Sequence record: OR995200.1
Length of the DNA stretch: 64,000 bases
Source of the DNA: Escherichia phage JY01
Direction: 5' to 3' (one strand)
Positions 10,813 through 20,606 of the stretch are shown here, piece after piece (within the stretch, counting starts at the first letter, position 1; every line of letters begins with the position of its first letter). A program made the translations under genes and the position numbers. Under the pieces are notes generated by a model, which was given only the letters and a program-made list of their open reading frames with translations, searched no databases and had not been told where the DNA came from.

Positions 10813-11828
10813 TGTGTTGCCTCTACATATAACTGATTTGCATATTGAATAAGTGCTTCGCGATCAGAATCAGTGATGTCTGGAATTGCATTAATGTATT
10901 CTTCCATCAATGTCTGAAGAGATTGAACTTCAACTTCTTCACTATCATCTGACTCAACAGAGTTATCAATCTTTGACACAACTCGTAATGAATGCACAAC
11001 TTTTTCTAGTTCAGATTCGAACTTCGTTAAATTTTTGTCTACTTCAGTTACTATAACACGCACTGATAGATTTGTAAAATCTTTATAGTCAATTTTTCCT
11101 TTAAATGGATAATGAATTCTACGATGCCAGGTAGTATTGTTTGGAATAAATTCCATTCGTTCTGTTTCTGTATCAAACATCCAGAACCCACGAGGGTCAT
11201 TCTCGTCACCTGCAGTTAGTGTCCATGGTGTCCCAATATATCTAACGTTAGCAGCCTCAGAGATAGTATGGAAGTGACCAGACCACACTTCTTTATAAGT
11301 CTTAAGGAAATCAGGTTCAAGACCATGAGATTTCATTCCTTTATAAAAATAAAATCCATTCAGTTCCCAGTGACCAACACAAAAAGAAGCAGATGAAGTT
11401 TTGATGTGTTCAAGAATTTCACCAGTATTTTCTTCACACATCCAAGGAATCAAATCAATCAAACACCCGTCAAAATCTACTGTAGTAGGCTTATCATATA
11501 CTTTAACATTAGGATATTTAGCCAAAAGCTCAGTAGAAGCATTTGGATGCATTACATTTTTGTAGTGAAGATCGTGATTTCCTACAATAGTATGTAGGGT
11601 AATACCAGCATCATCAAGCATTTGAACTATTTCACGAGCAAACTCCATAGTTTTATGCGTGATCGCTTTTCGCACATCAAAAATATCACCGTATTGAATC
11701 CATACCGTAATTCCATTTTTCTTAGAATATTCTATCGCTTGCTTAATTCCATCAATTTGAATACCGCGAATCCACTCATCATCAGCTTTAACGCCTAAAT
11801 GCCAATCACCTAAATTTAAAATTTTCAT
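10809..11828 (-). CDS. 47: Recombination endonuclease subunit (SbcD/Mre11-like phosphoesterase)
   Basis: 339 aa; metallophosphatase motifs DWH, GDIFD, GNHD, GHFH. Confidence 0.9.
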   Translation of the reverse strand: MKILNLGDWHLGVKADDEWIRGIQIDGIKQAIEYSKKNGITVWIQYGDIFDVRKAITHKTMEFAREIVQMLDDAGITLHTIVGNHDLHYKNVMHPNASTELLAKYPNVKVYDKPTTVDFDGCLIDLIPWMCEENTGEILEHIKTSSASFCVGHWELNGFYFYKGMKSHGLEPDFLKTYKEVWSGHFHTISEAANVRYIGTPWTLTAGDENDPRGFWMFDTETERMEFIPNNTTWHRRIHYPFKGKIDYKDFTNLSVRVIVTEVDKNLTKFESELEKVVHSLRVVSKIDNSVESDDSEEVEVQSLQTLMEEYINAIPDITDSDREALIQYANQLYVEATQ

Positions 11829-11963
11829 ATATCAAGAACCGTCATTGAAATGCAAAATAAAATTATTGAAATAAACCCATCTGGTGTGCTAAAGAACCCA
11901 ATCCAACATGCTCTAGTGAATAGATAAAATGCGAGAAAAAGTATCACATATCCAAGAAATATC
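11823..11963 (-). CDS. Small hydrophobic protein
   Basis: 46 codon ORF found by manual translation, two hydrophobic stretches, stop overlaps gene 47 start. Confidence 0.3.
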
Positions 11964-11987
11964 ATTATATCAAACTCCGTATAAAGC

Positions 11988-12006
11988 TAAAGGGCCGAAG
12001 CCCTTT
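11988..12006 (-). terminator. UUCG-tetraloop RNA hairpin at a-gt stop
   Basis: RNA-sense AAAGGGC-UUCG-GCCCUUU overlapping stop codon. Confidence 0.45.
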
Positions 12007-13207
12007 ATTTTGTAATAATGTCAAACTGTTCTTTAAAACAGAAGCTTGAATCTTGATGCTGATACAAAAATTCATAAGCTTTTTCACGTTCGCGGTCATA
12101 AAGAGCTCGGTCAGATGACAGTTCTTTAATACGTTCAAATGTTGATTCCATATCATTTTCATCAAACCAAATGATACCGCTATCATGCGAGGTCAAAGGA
12201 GTATTATCAACACGGAATTTTAAATTTTCGCCAGTAGATTTCCAAAATACCGGAATTGTTCCACATGCACCAAGCTCGAGATGAGTATATTCTAAAGAAC
12301 GTTGTAGATATTTTTTATCCAACTTACTCAACTGATAACCAAAACCGGATTTACTCATACGTTCAAGCATTTCGCTATTTACATAACGGTCAAGAATTTG
12401 CGTTGGCAAATTAGGAGCAATTTTAATTTGGTCTACTTGATGAAGACGATAATACTCGTATGGAATTCCTTTTTCTTTAATAGGAATGAACGCTGGAGAA
12501 CGTTCCAGACCTTCCATAATAGTACTTAGTCCTGCAGGTTTAAGATGTTTTTCATGAAAATCAAACATCTGATAAAAACCTTTCCATGTAGTCGTACGAC
12601 CAATCCAACGGTTAACATTCATGTTAACTTCAGAAACATCTTTCCAGTAGGTTGACCGAACCTTCGCAATATCCATAGGAGGCTGAAAGTTATATACTGT
12701 CGGTGCTTCTTCAATATCATCAAACAGAGAAACAGTTTCTGGATACCATTCTTTCATCAGAACTTTATTAAAATCGCCATTATCAGAATGGCTAAAAATA
12801 ACATCAGCTCGACGAACAGTTTCTTCTAATCCCAAATTTCGACGCAAAGAAAGAGAAGAATGGTCATGCTGATAAACTACAACACGAACAGAAGGTTTAA
12901 TGTTATCAATAATTTTTTTATAGTTATTAATAGTGTCTTCTTCAACCGAAGTAGCAGGAACTGAATTGATAATTAGAATATCACAATCATTTACCAGCTT
13001 AAGTGTTTTATCGTATTCTTTTGCCAATAAAACCGGAATTGAAAATGATTTATAATCATGCGCACAATTACGAGTAAATGATTTATCTTTAGCATAAACC
13101 AAAGTTACTTCATGACCATTTTTAATAAACCAATCACGTTGCTCAAGAGAAAATTTAGTTACACCACAACCTTCAAGACCTCGAGCCATAAAAATACATA
13201 CTTTCAT
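12005..13207 (-). CDS. a-gt: DNA alpha-glucosyltransferase
   Basis: 400 aa, position downstream of 47 region and length match T4 a-gt. Confidence 0.8.
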   Translation of the reverse strand: MKVCIFMARGLEGCGVTKFSLEQRDWFIKNGHEVTLVYAKDKSFTRNCAHDYKSFSIPVLLAKEYDKTLKLVNDCDILIINSVPATSVEEDTINNYKKIIDNIKPSVRVVVYQHDHSSLSLRRNLGLEETVRRADVIFSHSDNGDFNKVLMKEWYPETVSLFDDIEEAPTVYNFQPPMDIAKVRSTYWKDVSEVNMNVNRWIGRTTTWKGFYQMFDFHEKHLKPAGLSTIMEGLERSPAFIPIKEKGIPYEYYRLHQVDQIKIAPNLPTQILDRYVNSEMLERMSKSGFGYQLSKLDKKYLQRSLEYTHLELGACGTIPVFWKSTGENLKFRVDNTPLTSHDSGIIWFDENDMESTFERIKELSSDRALYDREREKAYEFLYQHQDSSFCFKEQFDIITK

Positions 13208-13231
13208 TTAATATCCTCTTTGTTTTGGTTT

Positions 13232-13257
13232 ATTTTACCAAAAATTTATAAAGCAAT
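13232..13257 (-). promoter_or_regulatory. Candidate middle promoter upstream of a-gt
   Basis: ATTGCTTTAT box (RC of 13249-13257), 11 nt spacer, TAAAAT. Confidence 0.35.
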
Positions 13258-13277
13258 ATAGGAGCCGAAGCTCCTAT
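13258..13277 (-). terminator. UUCG-tetraloop RNA hairpin upstream of a-gt
   Basis: RNA-sense GGAGC-UUCG-GCUCC. Confidence 0.4.
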
Positions 13278-13450
13278 CCGCATAATACACCGTATAGAGG
13301 CTCATTAGAGCTTCTAAATTTTATACGCTTATATGTTATAGTTCCTTCTGCTTTAGCTTTATCATGAGACTCTTTAAAGCGTCTCATCATTTCCTTTTTA
13401 GAGGAACGAATTTTATTATAATCTATTTCAGAAGTCTGGATGTTCATCTT

Positions 13451-13657
13451 TCATAACTGCCACCATTTTTTGACTTGATAAGAATCAACCCACACTTTCA
13501 TATTAGGGTCTGCTCTTACAATAGGAGGATTAACTTCTTTAATTGAACTATCATGGTATTCTTTTTCAGAAATTTTCACACAAAGATGACCATTCAAAGA
13601 TTCAGTAAATCCTGCATTAATTTTAAGACGCTTGAATTTTACATGTGTAAGCATCAA
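13451..13657 (-). CDS. Hypothetical small protein
   Basis: 68 aa ORF, overlaps upstream ORF end. Confidence 0.3.
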   Translation of the reverse strand: MMLTHVKFKRLKINAGFTESLNGHLCVKISEKEYHDSSIKEVNPPIVRADPNMKVWVDSYQVKKWWQL

Positions 13658-13940
13658 TCATATCCTCAATCTGCGATCTAGTAGTCTTCCAAAGAATACT
13701 AATAAGTTCATCGTTATATGGCTGTTTTAGAATATCCCGACTTTTCTTGATAGCATATTCGTATTGAGCAAAATTATTATTTTCAGCTGCAATCTGAGCG
13801 TGCTTATAAAGACGATTCAGTTCGCGTTTGTTTTTAGACAATAACTTATTTGCTTTTCTTTCTGCTTCAAGACGGTTCTTTTCTTCAATAGAAGAAATAA
13901 GCTTTTCCACTTCATCATTAATTTCGGGTTTATCAGTCAT
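13623..13940 (-). CDS. Hypothetical protein
   Basis: 105 aa ORF. Confidence 0.45.
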   Translation of the reverse strand: MTDKPEINDEVEKLISSIEEKNRLEAERKANKLLSKNKRELNRLYKHAQIAAENNNFAQYEYAIKKSRDILKQPYNDELISILWKTTRSQIEDMIDAYTCKIQAS

Positions 13941-13941
13941 A

Positions 13942-14160
13942 TTATTTCTCTAATATAAAATAAAAATCATCATCTGTTAAATGATACCGATAGTTTAATT
14001 CTACACCATTAGATTTAAAAGCGGTATCATACGGATTTTCTGGATCAATATCAATGTCAAGAGCTAAAACTTCCCTGAGATACATTTTAAGTAAATAGGG
14101 AATAGCTTCAACTTCAGGTATTTCTTCCAAGAATCCGGAGAGGTTAATCGTTAGCCTCAT
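13942..14160 (-). CDS. Hypothetical protein
   Basis: 72 aa ORF immediately downstream of gene 55. Confidence 0.45.
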
Positions 14161-14701
14161 ATAAAAAATCCAAACTAGGAGAATCGTCTACAACACTTTT
14201 CTTTTCAGCCCCCGGTGTTCTATAGGTTGATTCTTCGTAATGCGTCATTTTATCATAGATGTCTTGAATAAAAGTTTCATCTACTAACGCAACCATATCG
14301 TCGTCACGGCTGTCATAGACATTGTGAACGAAGTAACTATATTTCTTTGCAACTTCCTTACGTTCTTTTTTAATACGCTGGACGAATGCATTAAAACAAG
14401 CTTGAGTTATATATGCATGTGGGTTTTTATATTTCGTTTCATCAAAATTATGAAGCCCCTTAATAGAAGCTTCTATACCATCTGCAATCATTTCTTGTTT
14501 CCAAGACTGGGTGTATCCTGAAAAGTTGAAACGTTTAGATAAGCCTTCTGCAATAAGCATAATGGCTAATCCGATAGTATCATTCTGACGAACTACTTTA
14601 TTTGGGTCTTTATTATTTGCTAATTCTGTTTTCCAATCAATAATAGCTTGTAAAAGCTCTTTATTGTTTACGTAATTATATTTAGGCTTAGTTTCTGACA
14701 T
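14144..14701 (-). CDS. 55: Late-transcription sigma factor
   Basis: 185 aa from [17 protein letters not shown], matches T4 gp55 as recalled. Confidence 0.85.
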
Positions 14702-14779
14702 TTTCACCTCTTAGCTCAATTCATAGATCTATTATATCATAATATTTGAAGATCTATCTTAAAGCATAGAGGATATCAG

Positions 14780-15049
14780 TTATCTAAGTAAACAGTATGC
14801 TTGGAACACTTTCTCCATCATCTTTTTAAATTCATGAATATCTATGTAATGATCATTAATATCAGCGCGATATAAAAAGTCTAAAAACTTTTTATGGGTA
14901 TTAGAATATTTACTTCCAGTTAATTCAGAAACATGGCTTTCCCAATATCCAACACCAGTTTTATTTGGGAAAAATGAAATTTTCATGTATTGGTCAACAT
15001 AGAAAATACCAAAATTTTCAATAGCAATAGAAATATTAATTAATTTCAT
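14780..15049 (-). CDS. Hypothetical protein
   Basis: 89 aa ORF. Confidence 0.45.
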   Translation of the reverse strand: MKLINISIAIENFGIFYVDQYMKISFFPNKTGVGYWESHVSELTGSKYSNTHKKFLDFLYRADINDHYIDIHEFKKMMEKVFQAYCLLR

Positions 15050-15267
15050 ACATTCATCAACTTAGCCGCTTCAAGAGCTGCATCTAGTGAATCAAATTGG
15101 TCAACATATTCAATTAATTCGCCGTAATTAGCGTATAACCACCATTGGCTAAATTCATACTCAAGGATGAATCCGTTTCCTTCAATTTGAGTTAAACCAA
15201 TGCCATTTGTATTTACTTCGTATCCGGCAAGACGCAAATCGTTAATAAGAGATTCGTTCATATTCAT
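15046..15267 (-). CDS. Hypothetical protein
   Basis: 73 aa ORF, start/stop overlap with neighbours. Confidence 0.45.
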   Translation of the reverse strand: MNMNESLINDLRLAGYEVNTNGIGLTQIEGNGFILEYEFSQWWLYANYGELIEYVDQFDSLDAALEAAKLMNV

Positions 15268-15590
15268 ACCTTAGCAATTTTCAGGTCAGCAAATTTTTTC
15301 TTGCGTTGATTTTTCATGCGACGAATAGTTTTATCGGAAATTTCATGCTTTTGATAAGCTTTAGATTCTACACCAAAAGCTTTAACATCAAATTCTGACA
15401 AGATATATTGAACCAACAATTCACGGACAGTATTGCGTCCAATTTTCTGATCATTCTGTTTCATCGTCTGATGAAGTTCTTTTTCCCATTTATCCAAAAT
15501 TTGAGGAGTTACAATATCGCCTTTTTCTAGCAAAGAAACTACTTTATCATATGCGTAAGAATTGATGGCGTTTTTAATTTGAATAGTCAT
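15264..15590 (-). CDS. Hypothetical protein
   Basis: 108 aa ORF. Confidence 0.45.
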   Translation of the reverse strand: MTIQIKNAINSYAYDKVVSLLEKGDIVTPQILDKWEKELHQTMKQNDQKIGRNTVRELLVQYILSEFDVKAFGVESKAYQKHEISDKTIRRMKNQRKKKFADLKIAKV

Positions 15591-15629
15591 ACATTATCCT
15601 CAATTGCATTAAAAATTTATTATCCAAAA

Positions 15630-15645
15630 AAGGGCCGAAGCCCTT
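15630..15645 (-). terminator. UUCG-tetraloop RNA hairpin
   Basis: RNA-sense AAGGGC-UUCG-GCCCUU. Confidence 0.4.
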
Positions 15646-15844
15646 AGCTAAACTTTTTGGCACCCTTCCAGCCTTCATACATCATTGCGGCTGATATTAA
15701 TATTGCTCCTGAGCAACTTGAATATTTGTGATTCCAAAACCAGTTTAGAAAAACTTCGTCATCAATACCTTGTGCTATCATATTTTCAAAGAACTGACGA
15801 CGAGCTTCTGCAATTCGCTGCGATAATTTAGATTCAGGATTCAT
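15644..15844 (-). CDS. Hypothetical protein
   Basis: 66 aa ORF, stop inside a UUCG hairpin. Confidence 0.4.
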   Translation of the reverse strand: MNPESKLSQRIAEARRQFFENMIAQGIDDEVFLNWFWNHKYSSCSGAILISAAMMYEGWKGAKKFS

Positions 15845-15976
15845 TTAAATTTTCCAATTACCGTTTTCATCAATGAATTTAATCCAGTCATTTACTGACC
15901 ACTTAGTTGTATCGCCTTTTGGAGTAACATTTAAAGTATATAGCCCTTGCTTAAAAAGCATTCGTTTGATATTCAT
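15845..15976 (-). CDS. Hypothetical small protein
   Basis: ORF trimmed to internal ATG to avoid 77 nt overlap. Confidence 0.3.
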   Translation of the reverse strand: MNIKRMLFKQGLYTLNVTPKGDTTKWSVNDWIKFIDENGNWKI

Positions 15977-15983
15977 ATTTTCC

Positions 15984-16276
15984 TCAGCTGTAACGATAAC
16001 ACTCGTTTGATTTACGTTTAGCAACTCGTTGAGAAGTATTATAATCAAAATCATCGTCAATGTAAACTGATTTTTTCAACTTTCTTACTTCACCGCGTAA
16101 TTGACGATTTAACTCATCTTTAACTTCTGAATCAATGCCTTTCATTCTACGCCATTTATCTGAGCGAAAAATGTTTTCAACCATATCTTTATGACTTACA
16201 CCGTCTGGAGCTTTACGCTTTCCAAAATAGTCATAATCACGCACTTTTAAGTCTTTACGACGATACGTTTTACCCA
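15984..16276 (-). CDS. Basic small protein
   Basis: Start set at ATG 16274-16276 (MGKTYRRKD), Lys/Arg rich. Confidence 0.4.
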
Positions 16277-16446
16277 TGGAGTTTAATTTCCTTAGCAACT
16301 GAACTAAATACAGCACGATCACAAATCATACGTTTGTTCCATTTAATCACAGTATAATGAACATCTAAATCATCGACTGCTGTAACAATAACGATATGTC
16401 CGTTAACACGATAGTACTGGTCAATTTTAATCTCTTTATCAACCAT
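16270..16446 (-). CDS. Small hypothetical protein
   Basis: 58 codon ORF found by manual translation just downstream of early promoter cassette. Confidence 0.3.
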   Translation of the reverse strand: MVDKEIKIDQYYRVNGHIVIVTAVDDLDVHYTVIKWNKRMICDRAVFSSVAKEIKLHG

Positions 16447-16530
16447 ATCAATTCCTCAAAGGTAATTCATATGTTAATAATACCACGGTTTGAACTTCTT
16501 GTAAACAACTTTGTGAAAATTATTTTAGGG
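16447..16530 (-). promoter_or_regulatory. Early promoter cassette copy 2
   Basis: -35 TTTACA (16500-16505), 17 nt spacer, -10 TATTAT (16477-16482); upstream block matches other copies. Confidence 0.55.
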
Positions 16531-16604
16531 AATGATAAGAAGGGAACGATAGCTTAGAATGGTAATATACAGAATGTAAGAAAGAAAGGCCCAGAGGGCC
16601 CGTC

Positions 16605-16900
16605 TTAGTCTTCTATGATATCTCTATCATATCCAAGTGAAATGAGAGTTTCTTTGAAGTGTTTAATGTTCTTTTGTCTAGAATCATTAATGAAAATGAC
16701 TGGATAACGAATGTTAAGAGATGTGAATCCAGCGCGTTTAGCAAGAGATACAATCAGCGGACGATCATACTCAATCTTACCATTATTTGTAAGAACTTTA
16801 TAGAAAGTAAAAGGAGCATTGAGCTCCTTTAGAAGTTTTGTAACTGATTGACATCCAGGACAACGACCAACTTCATCTGGAATTCCGTAGACTTCAATCT
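16605..16900 (-). CDS. Glutaredoxin/NrdH-like redoxin, start codon unresolved
   Basis: KIEVYGIPDEVGRCPGCQS with CPGC redox motif; no in-frame ATG at the domain start. Confidence 0.5.
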
Positions 16901-17211
16901 TATTCTTTAAGTTCGAGTTTTGTTCCACGAGAAATAATTCCTTGGTAAGCCCAATAAGGAGGATTAACAGAATCCTCACCAGAGTTTTCTTCAGGAAAAT
17001 AAACCTGGATAACGAAGCCGGATTCATCAAAGGTGAAATAAGTAGTAGGCAGTTCACCTAACAAATCGGCACGAGCGTTGATTTCTTCGAGGTCTTGTTC
17101 ACGTCCAGCCCAGAAGCTTGGGTTCAGACTACATTCATAGAAATAATAGTCATTACCGAACATATCAAAACCATTCCAACTCTCTACTACATACCGCTCA
17201 AAACTAATCAT
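16900..17211 (-). CDS. Hypothetical protein
   Basis: 103 aa ORF. Confidence 0.45.
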   Translation of the reverse strand: MISFERYVVESWNGFDMFGNDYYFYECSLNPSFWAGREQDLEEINARADLLGELPTTYFTFDESGFVIQVYFPEENSGEDSVNPPYWAYQGIISRGTKLELKE

Positions 17212-17213
17212 AA

Positions 17214-17429
17214 TTAAGCCTTTTTATCAAGAACAGCATTCAGCTTGTTAGTAATTTTATCCAGACGCTCATTGAACTCACTAGAAGATAAGCCTTTTTC
17301 TGGAGAAATTAAGCTAATCACGAAAAATACAACAATAAAAGGAATAAGGAAAATAGCTCCAACTGCCATAAACAGAAAGAATGTTACAGTTGTAAGAAAA
17401 TCAGCTAAACCTTTACGAAATTTATACAT
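17214..17429 (-). CDS. Small membrane protein
   Basis: 71 aa with one long hydrophobic segment. Confidence 0.45.
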   Translation of the reverse strand: MYKFRKGLADFLTTVTFFLFMAVGAIFLIPFIVVFFVISLISPEKGLSSSEFNERLDKITNKLNAVLDKKA

Positions 17430-17549
17430 ATTTTACCCTTAATTGATTAACCAAGCATTGATAAGCACTAAACTATATTGGGAATAAAATTCTGGACCAA
17501 AATGAAAAATCATATCATTTATAGTATCCATAATATAATATAATTCAAT

Positions 17550-18020
17550 TTAATCATGTTTCCACACCCCATCGGTATTTGACCAAAGTCGCTGATTGTC
17601 TGATCCTCGCCACAGCTTTTTGGTCGGAAGATTTTTCTCATACTTCCCATCAATAATAACATCAACATATTTAAGCATTTCTAGTTGTTTAATATCTTCA
17701 AACTTATATCCTGTCCACAACCAAATGCTTTTATTGGGATAAAGATTTTTTACTGTTTGAACGATGCAATGAATAACATCTCGGTTATCAGGATAGAGAG
17801 GGTCACCTCCGGTTATAGTCAATCCTTCTATATAATCATTATTCAAACATTCAATCAATTGTTCTAGTGTTTCACCAGTGAATGGAATACCATTTCTAGC
17901 ATTCCATGTTGATTTATTATAACACCCTTCGCATTTATGCAAACAACCTGTGACGAAAAGAACGACCCTGCATCCAGGGCCATTCACAAAATCACAGGGA
18001 TAAAATCTATCATAATTCAT
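17550..18020 (-). CDS. nrdG: Anaerobic ribonucleotide reductase activating protein (radical SAM)
   Basis: 156 aa; cysteine cluster CLHKCEGC near N-terminus. Confidence 0.85.
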   Translation of the reverse strand: MNYDRFYPCDFVNGPGCRVVLFVTGCLHKCEGCYNKSTWNARNGIPFTGETLEQLIECLNNDYIEGLTITGGDPLYPDNRDVIHCIVQTVKNLYPNKSIWLWTGYKFEDIKQLEMLKYVDVIIDGKYEKNLPTKKLWRGSDNQRLWSNTDGVWKHD

Positions 18021-19834
18021 TGGTGTTTAACCCTATGCATGATTTCTTTATTTTTACCGAGATTAAATCCGCGTTCGTTCGGATTTCCCAAATAACCACA
18101 TGTTCTTCTTATGGTATTCATCTTTTTAGGATCAGTTTCTCCGCAAATAGAACAAACAAATCCGTTTTCAGTAGGAGTCATTTCATGGGTACTTCCACAT
18201 GTAAAACATTTATCTACTGGCATATTAACACCAAAATAATCTAAATGTTGTGCGGCATAATCCCATACAGCCTCAAGACCTTTTAAGTTATTTTTCATAT
18301 CAGGAAGTTCAACATAAGAAATGTGACCACCTGTCGCAATGAAATGATATGGCGCTTCACGAGAAATCTTTTCAAACGGAGTAACATTTTCTTCTACTGA
18401 AACGTGGAAACTGTTAGTGTACCAGCCTTTATCAGTAACATCCTTTACACTTCCATATTTTTCTGTATCAAGTTTACAGAAGCGATAGCAAAGGTTTTCA
18501 GCAGGAGTAGAATACAAGCTAAAAGCAAATCCAGTTCTTTCAGTCCACTGTTTAAGATGAGCATTCATTTTAGTTAAAATTTCTTGCCCAATATCACGAC
18601 CGACAAGAATATTCAATTCGTGAATACCAATGTATCCTAAAGACACTGAACTTCTACCGTTTTTAAATAACTCAATTATGTCGTCATCAGGTTTAAGACG
18701 AACCCCGAATGCACCTTCTTGGTAAAGAATAGGAGCAACAGTCGCTTTAACTCCTTTTAAGGAACTAATTCTACACATCAAAGCTTCAAAACATAAATCC
18801 ATTCGCTCATTGAACAATTCAGTAAATTTCTGTTCATTGAACTGTGTTCCAATATAAGAATCTAACGCAATACGAGGAAGATTCAGTGTTACAACACCAA
18901 GATTATTACGTCCATCAAGAATTTCATTGCCAGTCGAATCTTTCCATACGCTCAAGAAACTACGGCATCCCATCGGGGAAACAGGAACAGATGAACCAGT
19001 GATAGCTTTATTGTTCTTAGCTGAAATAATATCAGGATACATCCTTTTGCTTGCACACTCTAAAGCAAGCTGCTTAATATCATAGTTCGGATCGTCTTTA
19101 TAAAGATTAACACCTTCTTCAACAAACATAACAAGCTTAGGGAAAATAGGAGTTATCCCATCACGACCAAGACCTTTAATACGATTTTTCAAAATTGCTT
19201 TCTGAATCATTCGTTCAGTCCAGTCAGTTCCTGTACCAAATGTAATTGTTACAAAAGGAGTCTGTCCGTTTGAACTAAAGAGAGTATTTACTTCATATTC
19301 ATAAGCTTGGAATGCATCGTATACGTCTTTTTCTGTTTTAGATTGGGCATAATTCAGTGCATCGGCGATTTGCCATTTTTCTGCGTCTTCGATATGTTTT
19401 GCATAGGTGCGTTTAACATAAGGAGAAAGTACTTTATCTACATTAGCAAAAGTCGTTCCGCCATATTGATGGGAAGCAACTTGCGCAGTAATTTGTGCCA
19501 TAATTGCAGTAGCAACACCGATTGATTTAGGAGTTTCAATCTGCGCATTACCAAGCTTAAATCCGTTCTCAAGCATTCCTTTTAAATCTACTAAACAACA
19601 ATTAGTAAATGGAAGAGCAGGGGAATAATCAATATCATGAAAATGAATAATTCCGCTTTCATGCGCTTTCATAATAAAAGACGGGACCATATTTTTGGCA
19701 ATGTGTTTAGACACAATACCAGCCATAAGGTCCCGTTGAGTTGGAAAAACACGAGAATCTTTATTAGCATTCTCGTTTAAAAGGTCTTTATTAGTTTTAT
19801 GAATCAATCCTTCAATTTCTTTTTCAATTGTCAT
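18017..19834 (-). CDS. nrdD: Anaerobic ribonucleoside-triphosphate reductase, uninterrupted
   Basis: 605 aa; C-terminal glycyl-radical region RTCGYLG and Zn cysteines CFTCGS..CSICG. Confidence 0.9.
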   Translation of the reverse strand: MTIEKEIEGLIHKTNKDLLNENANKDSRVFPTQRDLMAGIVSKHIAKNMVPSFIMKAHESGIIHFHDIDYSPALPFTNCCLVDLKGMLENGFKLGNAQIETPKSIGVATAIMAQITAQVASHQYGGTTFANVDKVLSPYVKRTYAKHIEDAEKWQIADALNYAQSKTEKDVYDAFQAYEYEVNTLFSSNGQTPFVTITFGTGTDWTERMIQKAILKNRIKGLGRDGITPIFPKLVMFVEEGVNLYKDDPNYDIKQLALECASKRMYPDIISAKNNKAITGSSVPVSPMGCRSFLSVWKDSTGNEILDGRNNLGVVTLNLPRIALDSYIGTQFNEQKFTELFNERMDLCFEALMCRISSLKGVKATVAPILYQEGAFGVRLKPDDDIIELFKNGRSSVSLGYIGIHELNILVGRDIGQEILTKMNAHLKQWTERTGFAFSLYSTPAENLCYRFCKLDTEKYGSVKDVTDKGWYTNSFHVSVEENVTPFEKISREAPYHFIATGGHISYVELPDMKNNLKGLEAVWDYAAQHLDYFGVNMPVDKCFTCGSTHEMTPTENGFVCSICGETDPKKMNTIRRTCGYLGNPNERGFNLGKNKEIMHRVKHQ

Positions 19835-20304
19835 TTTAAACTCTTTCTAAGCTGCTTCTTAAATGAAGCTATTAATTGTGTTTTAGTGTCAGATTCATTA
19901 TATTCAAATCCTCTTTGAAGCATCTCGGCCATCATTTCCTCTTTTCCTAAACGAGAAAATTCCTTTGATTTATCTCCAACAAAGTTAGGGTGAATATTAT
20001 TTTGGGTGTAATCGGATTTTAAATAAGTAAGTAAATTTTCTAACCATTCAAGATAATCAACACCTTGTCCCTTTAAGCCAGAACGATTAAATTTATGCTT
20101 CATTTGACCTTCTGCGGCATTGCATAGATTACAAAGCAATCCACGTACCTTTCCTGCTTTTGGTCCATTTAATTCATGGTCATGATCAAGATGATTAGCT
20201 TGAACATCAGGATTTAGTTCTCGTTGGCAAATTAAGCATTTACCGTTTTGTGCATTATAAAATTTTTGTTTTTCTTCTTTGTATAATTTGCCAGTCAATA
20301 ACAT
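19831..20304 (-). CDS. 49: Endonuclease VII (Holliday junction resolvase)
   Basis: 157 aa; CLICQ..HLDHDH..CNLCN zinc/HNH-type motif. Confidence 0.9.
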   Translation of the reverse strand: MLLTGKLYKEEKQKFYNAQNGKCLICQRELNPDVQANHLDHDHELNGPKAGKVRGLLCNLCNAAEGQMKHKFNRSGLKGQGVDYLEWLENLLTYLKSDYTQNNIHPNFVGDKSKEFSRLGKEEMMAEMLQRGFEYNESDTKTQLIASFKKQLRKSLK

Positions 20305-20344
20305 AATAAAACCCTTACCTTAAATAGATAAGGGTATTTATTAT

Positions 20345-20520
20345 TTTTAAGTATTGTAAAACATTCGATGCAATCGTTTATACTGTCGAATCATCTTTTT
20401 AGTAGGACGAGAATAGGTTCCTACGCAAGTGGTCATATGAGGGTCCGTAGAATGTCCTTTAATAAAAAGTTTCCAAACCTTACCGCCATTTAACTTTTCA
20501 GTATAAACCAATTCGGTTTT
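20345..20520 (-). CDS. Small ORF sharing its C-terminal 14 residues with the adjacent pin-like gene
   Basis: Manual translation MKTELVYTEK...IRQYKRLHRMFYNT; 3-prime end is a diverged copy of 20558-20606. Confidence 0.3.
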
Positions 20521-20606
20521 CATTAAAATGTCCTGTCAGAAAAAGAATTTTGAGTTTTTTCAAGTATTGTAAAACATTTGATGCAATCGCTTATATTGCC
20601 GAATCT
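20347..20606 (-). repeat. Pair of about 45 bp direct repeats (about 89 percent identical) flanking a small ORF
   Basis: 20347-20395 and 20558-20606 differ at about 5 positions. Confidence 0.6.
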
